DNA from: Kiritimatiellia bacterium
GTDB lineage: Bacteria > Verrucomicrobiota > Kiritimatiellia > RFP12 > UBA1067
Direction: 5' to 3'
Assembly (NCBI GenBank): GCA_017432385.1
Contig: JAFRJH010000202.1
Location: 1-33,439 of the forward strand
Length of the DNA: 33,439 nt
The position numbers were made by a program, and so were the translations under genes. Under the pieces are notes generated by a model. The model did not search any database, was not told where the DNA came from, and saw only the letters and a program-made list of their open reading frames with translations. Of the stretch, positions 28,225 through 33,439 are shown in pieces (positions within the stretch are counted from its first letter, which is position 1; each line of letters opens with the position of its first letter).

Positions 28225-31200
28225 TCACTCCACAACGACCTGGTAGAAGCAGCTCGGCTCGCCCGCCACTTTCGGTATCTCAAGCGTCAGTACGCCGTCG
28301 GCTTCGGCAGGATCGTCGAAATAGACCACCTCGGCGTCCTTGAGGCCGGCAAGCGTCGTCGACTTCCTGTAGCCGTAGGTGTGTCCCGCTGCGGCGTTGC
28401 TGATCGTAATGGCGACCTTGTCGGACAACACCGCAAACGGCACATCAACCCCCTCCCCGCCGATCACCGGCGCATCGGGCTCCACGGGAGCGCCCGCCGG
28501 CAGCTCCCGCACCTGGATGGCGTTGAGCGCACGCCATCCGGCGGGGCCGGAATACTTGACCGCAATGTCCTCCGTCGTGCCCGTCGCATCGAAGACACCG
28601 ACAAGCGAGGCGCCGTACTTGTTGGTGTCGCGCATGGCCATCGGCTCGAGATCACCGGCGCTGATCAGCGCATCGCTCCACTTGTTGTGCGCGAGGACCT
28701 GAACGAGATAGCGCTTTCCGGCCGTCAGCCCCTTGAGCGTGATCGTCAGCGTGCTTGTTGTGTTGGCCCACTTCCACGAGTTCTTCAGCATCGTGCCGAA
28801 GTCTCCGGTCACGCTCTCGCTGCCCGAGCTGCCGTCCGTCTGCGCCAGATCCGGCGAAACCGCCGTGTAGGTCGTATTCAGGTCGGCGTCCGCGGCGAAG
28901 GCAATTCCGTTGACCGTCACCGACTGGACGGCGTAGGCGTAGAGAAGCGTCCCGTCCGTACGGAAAACGGTCCCTTCCGCATCCGCAGCCCCGCCGGTCC
29001 AGCCAGTCTCGACGGAACCGCCGCCGCCACCGCTCGTCGCCTGCACGGTCGGATAGTCGCCGTCGGCGAACGTCTTGTCGCCCGAGAGCGCGAAGACGAC
29101 CGGGTTGCCGCCCGTGATCTCGTAGCCCGAGGCCGCGACAAACGTCACCGTGACCTGCGTGTTCGAAACGATCGAGTAGCTGCCCGCAACCGCCGCCACC
29201 GCGACGCCGTTTGTCGCAACGGAATCAAGGACAAGTCCCGCCTTTCCGGGAATCGTCAGCGTGCAGACGGGCGTCGCCGGATCGACAGGATCGACCGGAT
29301 TCTCGCCACCGCCACCACCCTCGCCGAGATCGCGCACCTGGACGGCGTTGACCGGCCGGTCGCCGTTCGAGCCGGAAAAGAGGATCTCTACATCCTGCGT
29401 CTCGGCCGAAGCAGTGAAGGTGCCAGTCATAAGAGCCCCGTACTTGCCGCTGGCTTCGTCGGAGCCGTAGACATGCTGCGATTCGCAGCCATTGGCGGAG
29501 ACCAGCATGCTGCCGCTCCAGTGCGTGTGCGAGAGGATCTGCACCAGATACCGTTCCCCCGGCGTCAGGTTCTTCAGCGTCAGCGTCACCGCCTTGGTGT
29601 CCGTCGACGAATCCGTCCACGTCCAGCCATTGCCGAGGATGAGTCCGTAGCCACTATCCGAAACTCCCTCGTTCATCAGGCCGCCGTCGAAGCCGGTAGC
29701 CTCCGGCGTGAAGGCGATTTTGTGGGAGGAATCAAGAGGCAGAGCCCGCGTGAACGAGACGCCGTTGACGGTCTGTCCCTGCGCCGCATAGGCGTAGACC
29801 AGCGTGCCCTCCGTGCTGAACTTCGCGCCGGCGGCGTCCATCGGTTCGGACGTCCAGCCGACCGGCGTCGGCGGCGGCTCGCCAATCCTGAAGTTGACGG
29901 ACTTCGCCGCGGACGTCTTGTTCGCGTCGGTCATGATCGTCACCGCGCAGGAATAGACCCCGTCGGCGAGATCGGCGATGTCGAACGTAGCCGTCGAGGC
30001 GGTTTGGCCCTCGAGCGCGGCCACGTCAGGCGCATTGGTCAGCGAGTAGAAAACCGAATAGGAGGTCGCCGAAACGCCTCCGTTGTCGGTTCCCATCTCG
30101 ATGCCCGAAAGCGAGATCGTCGCCGTCGTGCCGTTCGTCGAGACGGAAACCGACCCGATCGACGGCGCGACAACCGGCGCCGGCGGCGTGCCGATCCGGA
30201 AGGAGACGGACTTCGCCGCGGAGGTCTTGTTCTTGTCTGTCGTGATCGTCACCGCGCACGTGTATTCGCCGTCCGCGAGACCGGAGATCGTGAACTGCGC
30301 GGACGCACCGGTCTGGCCCGTAAGCGCGGCTACGGACGCCGCGTTGTTGAGCGAGTAGGAGACGGAATAGGAATTTGCGCTCTCACCGGCATCGTCCGTC
30401 CCCAGCACGATGCCCGAGAGAAAAACCGTCGCCGCCGTTTCGTTCGTCGTGACGGTGACCGAGCCGACCTTGGGCTGGACTACGATCGGCACGCCGCTCT
30501 CGCCGAGGTCGCGCACCTGGATGGCGTTGATGCCGTAGTTTCCGTCGGACGTGATCGTGAACGTCTTGGTGGACTCAGTTGCCGTAAAGGTCCCCGTCAG
30601 CGCGCCGCCGCAGGACCAGCCGTCGCCGTAGACCTTGATGAAATTCGGATCCCAATACGACTCCTTGATCCAAACATGGGCCTTGCTGTCACTGTTGTAG
30701 TTGCGATAGCCGAATATCTGAACGAGGTAGCTACGTCCAGCCGTGAGGTTCTTGAGCGTCACCGCCTTGTCGCCCTGGTTCGCCCACCAGCAGCGGTTCA
30801 GGAGGTCGTAGTAAGCGCCAGAGATGCTGCTCGGAGCCGACGCGCCGGAGGTCTGGTTGTACGGCCAGGAAATGTCGCCCGAGATGTTCGCGTTGTTGTT
30901 CCCGGCAGCCGCGAACGTAACGCCATTGACCGTGCAGGCCGAGGGCGCATACGCATACTTGAGTGTGCCGTCCGTGCGAATGGCGCTTTCGTCGGTCGGC
31001 AGCGGGCTCGCGTACCACGGCTCGGTCATCGTGAAGTCGAGCAGCGTCACGAGCTCCTTGTTGTCCGCCGTCGTGACGGTCACCTTGCAGGTATGGTCGC
31101 CGAGGGCGACATTCGGGATCACGAACGACTTCCTAACGCCCGTCTGGTTGGAAAGCGCACGTGTCTTCGCGCCGCCGTCGAGCTCGTAGTCAATCGCGTA

Positions 31201-32151
31201 GGACGTCACGGCGTTCGCGTTCGCGTCCGTTCCGAGGTTGATGCCGAAGACCGTGATCGTCGCGGAGCCCGCGCCGTCCGCGTTCGGAGCGGCCTTGGCG
31301 TAGCCGAGCGAGGGATCCGCCACGTGCGCCTGGCCGGCGGGAACCGAGAGATACTTGTGCATCGCGTTGGTCAGCGCAGGCTTCCAGAAATCCGAATAGG
31401 TGAAGAATTCCGGATGGAGGCAGAGTCCCACGGCGTCGTAGCCGCCGTGGCCGCCCTCGCGGTAGCAGACCTTGTCGGGCATCGAATTCTGCTGGAGGTA
31501 CTGGCTGCGGAGGTCCACCCAGAACACGCGCTTATTGTCGACGAACTGGAGGATGTAGTCGTTGACCGCCTCGCTCATGGCCGTCACTTCGGCCGCTTCG
31601 AAGTACCTGCTGTCGAAGCTGTAGGGGAGGATCGGCATCAGGAGGATCTTCGCGTCCGGATGCTTCGTCGCCATCTCGCAGAGCATGAGCCGGATCGACT
31701 CGGCGACATCCTCGGCGCGATCGGCGTGCTCGTTGTGGTCGATGCACTTCTGGTGGCCGTTGTTGATGCCGATCATGAGGGTCATGTACTTGGTGGTGTA
31801 CCCCTCGAGGGCGCGGTCTCTGAGACGCCACAGGATGTTCTGGACGCGGTCGCTGCCGATGCCCATGTTGAACGTCTTCGTGTTGTTGGGGTTCCCGTCG
31901 AGGCTCAGGTTCGGATTGCTGTTCCAGAAGTCGGTGATCGAGTCGCCGAACAGGACGATGTCGAAATCCTGGCCCTGGCTCTTCTCGATGTCTTCCTTGT
32001 AGTGGTTCTTGTGGTAGTCGTCCGTGCGCTCCTTCGGCGTGCACGGCTCCGAACTGTGGTCGGATCCCGGCACCTGGGTGCCTATTGTATCTCCGACGGA
32101 AACCAGCGTCAGGGCCGCGGCCAACACGGAGAGTACTGCTTTGATTTTCAT
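28225..32151 (-). CDS. Secreted mosaic: SGNH/GDSL esterase, modules F-A-F-F-A-B-A, C-terminal domain
   Basis: Start ATG 32151 (MKIKAVLSVLAAALTLV, RBS GAGG; 32169 is an alternative). LFGDSITDFW, NMGIGSD, MIGINN, LCLHP. Ends CFYQVVVE. Confidence 0.85.
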   Translation of the reverse strand: MKIKAVLSVLAAALTLVSVGDTIGTQVPGSDHSSEPCTPKERTDDYHKNHYKEDIEKSQGQDFDIVLFGDSITDFWNSNPNLSLDGNPNNTKTFNMGIGSDRVQNILWRLRDRALEGYTTKYMTLMIGINNGHQKCIDHNEHADRAEDVAESIRLMLCEMATKHPDAKILLMPILPYSFDSRYFEAAEVTAMSEAVNDYILQFVDNKRVFWVDLRSQYLQQNSMPDKVCYREGGHGGYDAVGLCLHPEFFTYSDFWKPALTNAMHKYLSVPAGQAHVADPSLGYAKAAPNADGAGSATITVFGINLGTDANANAVTSYAIDYELDGGAKTRALSNQTGVRKSFVIPNVALGDHTCKVTVTTADNKELVTLLDFTMTEPWYASPLPTDESAIRTDGTLKYAYAPSACTVNGVTFAAAGNNNANISGDISWPYNQTSGASAPSSISGAYYDLLNRCWWANQGDKAVTLKNLTAGRSYLVQIFGYRNYNSDSKAHVWIKESYWDPNFIKVYGDGWSCGGALTGTFTATESTKTFTITSDGNYGINAIQVRDLGESGVPIVVQPKVGSVTVTTNETAATVFLSGIVLGTDDAGESANSYSVSYSLNNAASVAALTGQTGASAQFTISGLADGEYTCAVTITTDKNKTSAAKSVSFRIGTPPAPVVAPSIGSVSVSTNGTTATISLSGIEMGTDNGGVSATSYSVFYSLTNAPDVAALEGQTASTATFDIADLADGVYSCAVTIMTDANKTSAAKSVNFRIGEPPPTPVGWTSEPMDAAGAKFSTEGTLVYAYAAQGQTVNGVSFTRALPLDSSHKIAFTPEATGFDGGLMNEGVSDSGYGLILGNGWTWTDSSTDTKAVTLTLKNLTPGERYLVQILSHTHWSGSMLVSANGCESQHVYGSDEASGKYGALMTGTFTASAETQDVEILFSGSNGDRPVNAVQVRDLGEGGGGGENPVDPVDPATPVCTLTIPGKAGLVLDSVATNGVAVAAVAGSYSIVSNTQVTVTFVAASGYEITGGNPVVFALSGDKTFADGDYPTVQATSGGGGGSVETGWTGGAADAEGTVFRTDGTLLYAYAVQSVTVNGIAFAADADLNTTYTAVSPDLAQTDGSSGSESVTGDFGTMLKNSWKWANTTSTLTITLKGLTAGKRYLVQVLAHNKWSDALISAGDLEPMAMRDTNKYGASLVGVFDATGTTEDIAVKYSGPAGWRALNAIQVRELPAGAPVEPDAPVIGGEGVDVPFAVLSDKVAITISNAAAGHTYGYRKSTTLAGLKDAEVVYFDDPAEADGVLTLEIPKVAGEPSCFYQVVVE

Positions 32152-32180
32152 GACATGCCTCGCTTTCATTTTACGATGAA

Positions 32181-32226
32181 ATTATAGGCGAAAATTCACA
32201 ACCTCGCAATCCCTACAAATGTAGGT
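32181..32226 (-). promoter_or_regulatory. Palindromic operator plus promoter P6
   Basis: CCCTAC-AAAT-GTAGGT at 32211-32226; TTGCGA (32209-32204), 17 nt, TATAAT (32186-32181). Confidence 0.85.
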
Positions 32227-32231
32227 GGCGT

Positions 32232-32870
32232 CTAGTTGACGATAATAACCCCGCCGCTGGTCCCTGGTGCGTTCTCGGCCAGCTCCCGCACCTGGATGGC
32301 GTTGATCAAAGCCTGCCCGCTGTACGAGATCACGAACTCCTCCGTCGCGGCATCGGCTGTGAACTCGGCGGACAGCGAGCCGCCGTATTCCCAGCCGGTT
32401 CCGCCGTAGTGAATAACGGCAACCCCATCCGGAGCCGTTGCGGTCTGCGTAGTGTAATCATTGCGGAACGCAATCATCTGGACGAGATACTTTTTCCCAA
32501 CCTCAAGATTATTTAGTTGTATCTTCCGGCCTTTGGCAGACGCCCACCAGGGATGCTCAAGCATATCCTTATAGCCTCCGCTTTCTGTATCACCAGGCGC
32601 AGTAGCACCGGAAGTTCCGGCTCCTCCGGAAGCCTCCCAAACGACACAGTTCTCGGTATTGATGATTTTGTCCCCGACTCCGACAAACTCAACGCCGTTG
32701 GCCGTGTAGTTTCCGCGCGCGTAGGCGTACTTGAGCGTGCCATCGGTGCGGATCGACGTACTGCTTGCGGTGAGCGGCGTACCCGTCCATGTAACGTTGA
32801 ACGCGGCGCCCGCGGCGAGAGCCGACATCGCAACGAGAGCCGCACATGCGAACGACGCGACTGATTTCAT
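32232..32870 (-). CDS. Small secreted protein made of a single module A plus a short C-terminal tail (GTSGGVIIVN)
   Basis: Start ATG 32870 (MKSVASFACAALVAMSALAAG, RBS AAGGAG). TWTGTPL...IRTDGTLKYAY...YLVQ...NAIQVREL aligns with the eight modules in the large proteins. Confidence 0.85.
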   Translation of the reverse strand: MKSVASFACAALVAMSALAAGAAFNVTWTGTPLTASSTSIRTDGTLKYAYARGNYTANGVEFVGVGDKIINTENCVVWEASGGAGTSGATAPGDTESGGYKDMLEHPWWASAKGRKIQLNNLEVGKKYLVQMIAFRNDYTTQTATAPDGVAVIHYGGTGWEYGGSLSAEFTADAATEEFVISYSGQALINAIQVRELAENAPGTSGGVIIVN

Positions 32871-32938
32871 GACGATGATGCTCCTTTCCTTGTGGGCAGT
32901 GCGGATGCATTGCCACCTTCTGCACGACTTGCGACACA

Positions 32939-32984
32939 ATTATAGACGAAGCCAGGGACCATGGCAATCCCTACAAAAGGAGGG
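32939..32984 (-). promoter_or_regulatory. Palindromic operator plus promoter P7
   Basis: CCCTAC-AAAA-GGAGGG at 32969-32984; TTGCCA (32967-32962), 17 nt, TATAAT (32944-32939). Confidence 0.82.
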
Positions 32985-33001
32985 GGCGTCCGCCCCGGAA
33001 G

Positions 33002-33439
33002 TCAGTCTACCGGAGCGCAGTTGACGCCGTGCGCGACGAGGGCGCGGCGGTGAACGCGGGCACGGCGCGCGAAGTCCGCGAAGCCGGGCCTGCGCTCGCC
33101 CAGCCAGAACACCTCGGCGAGGGCCAGCATCCGCGGCCACGCCTTCCACTGGAGGTCGTACTCGTTCCAGGTGTACTCGGTCCAGTTGTTGCCCTGTCCG
33201 CCGAGGACATGGACGCGGGCGCTCTCCGGAACCCCGGCGCAGGGGTCGAACGAGTAGCACCTCTCCAGCGTCGTCCTGCCGCAGATGTACATGAAAGGAT
33301 CCTCCTCAAGGCCCTGGCCGTAGTCTAGGTAGCAGTAGCTCGTGGGCGTCATGACGACGTCGTGCCCGCGGGCCGCGGCCGCGGCGCCGGACACGAGCGC
33401 CTGTCCCCCGCCGACACGACCCACGCGCCAGCACAACCC
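33002..33439 (-). CDS. GH20 beta-N-acetylhexosaminidase, C-terminal part (5' end outside the window)
   Basis: CWR...GHDVVMTP..YCYLDYGQ...CYSFDP...VLGGQGNNWTEY...WPRMLALAEVFW. Confidence 0.9.
   Translation of the reverse strand, partial: GLCWRVGRVGGGQALVSGAAAAARGHDVVMTPTSYCYLDYGQGLEEDPFMYICGRTTLERCYSFDPCAGVPESARVHVLGGQGNNWTEYTWNEYDLQWKAWPRMLALAEVFWLGERRPGFADFARRARVHRRALVAHGVNCAPVD

Larger units (their letters stand above)
5694..28479 (-). repeat. Shared ~80-aa C-terminal domain, 4 copies
   Basis: Copies at 5694-5927, 13663-13917, 17622-17876, 28225-28479. Consensus ITIxNAxxGxxYGY(R/K)KSxTLxGLxDAxVV....AxxxGxLxxxI......xCFY(Q/R)(I/V)VVE-stop. Confidence 0.92.
15589..29271 (-). repeat. Dispersed coding module B (~77 aa), 3 near-identical copies
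   Basis: Copies at 15589-15819, 21756-21986, 29041-29271. Consensus PxCxLTIPxKxGxxLxSVxTNGVAVAAVxGSYxIVSNTQVTVxFxAAxGYEIxxGNPVVFxxSGxKTFADxDYPxVQ. Confidence 0.9.
16432..31314 (-). repeat. Dispersed coding module F (~94 aa, Ig/FN3-like), 6 copies
   Basis: Copies at about 16432-16710, 22644-22922, 23523-23804, 29884-30165, 30193-30474, 31027-31314. Consensus PxIG......ATIxLSGIxxGTD....ATSYSVxYxL......AL..QT..S..F.I.GLADG.(Y/H)TC.VT.TTD......KSV.F. Confidence 0.85.
15037..32789 (-). repeat. Dispersed coding module A (~165-180 aa), 9 copies
   Basis: Copies at 15037-15534, 15877-16407, 21198-21704, 22044-22583, 23004-23498, 28501-29001, 29326-29856, 30505-31017, 32280-32789. Consensus W..P......RTDGTLxYAY...TVNGVxF...W.W...LxGLTxGKxYLVQ...YGaxxxGxFxA...NAIQVR(E/D)L. 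Confidence 0.9.

Noticed and set aside
28129-32187. Long + strand ORF (1352 aa) and other long alternative-frame ORFs (1742-4252, 2575-4551, 5271-7514, 7605-9467, 19734-21509)
   Set aside because: Shadow ORFs of high-GC3 genes: Arg/Ala/Pro-rich, no motifs, fully overlapping well-supported CDSs.
13663-32870. Classical cellulosome (cohesin/dockerin) or canonical T9SS/PEP-CTERM cargo
   Set aside because: No duplicated dockerin Ca-binding motif in any enzyme, no recognisable cohesin consensus, no YPNP/KxxK or PEP-TM-basic tail.
4516-32984. Palindromes as integron attC, dif-like or invertase sites bounding gene cassettes
   Set aside because: Arms are only 6-8 bp, spacers vary, there are no RYYYAAC/GTTRRRY cores and no recombinase in the window. 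Exact phasing to -35/-10 boxes explains them better.
4516-32984. Palindromes as intrinsic terminators or GTAG-family REP elements
   Set aside because: No U-tract follows on the transcribed strand, one copy lies between divergent 5' ends, and copies are single with fixed promoter spacing. A minor RNA-hairpin role cannot be excluded.
32983-32996. GGGGC-GTCC-GCCCC hairpin after the GH20 stop as a terminator
   Set aside because: Only a 5-bp stem, overlapping the operator edge, with no adjacent U-tract; too weak to call.

Overview
GC-rich bacterial window. The style of the secreted modular proteins suggests a Kiritimatiellota/Verrucomicrobiota-like gut or rumen organism (inference only). It is a glycan-degradation locus of 13 genes: 12 on the - strand and one (GH92) on the +. 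Enzymes are GH127 (partial), a CBM4/CBM9-like putative hydrolase, a NagX/HGSNAT-like membrane protein, GH92, GH27, an (alpha/alpha)-toroid unknown, GH2 and GH20 (partial). They are interleaved with five secreted non-GH proteins. Three of these are giant mosaics of esterase, phytase-like and LTD/CotH domains, joined by three recurring accessory modules (9, 6 and 3 copies). Four share an ~80-aa C-terminal domain ending CFY(Q/R)(I/V)VVE, a candidate secretion/sorting signal. The strongest non-coding signal is a palindrome, CCCTAC-N4-GTAGGG, present six times. It always lies 1 nt upstream of a sigma70-type -35/17 bp/-10 promoter, and one copy serves two mirror-image divergent promoters. This defines a seven-promoter regulon whose regulator is not encoded in the window. 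No SusC/SusD, mobile element, CRISPR or RNA gene was seen.
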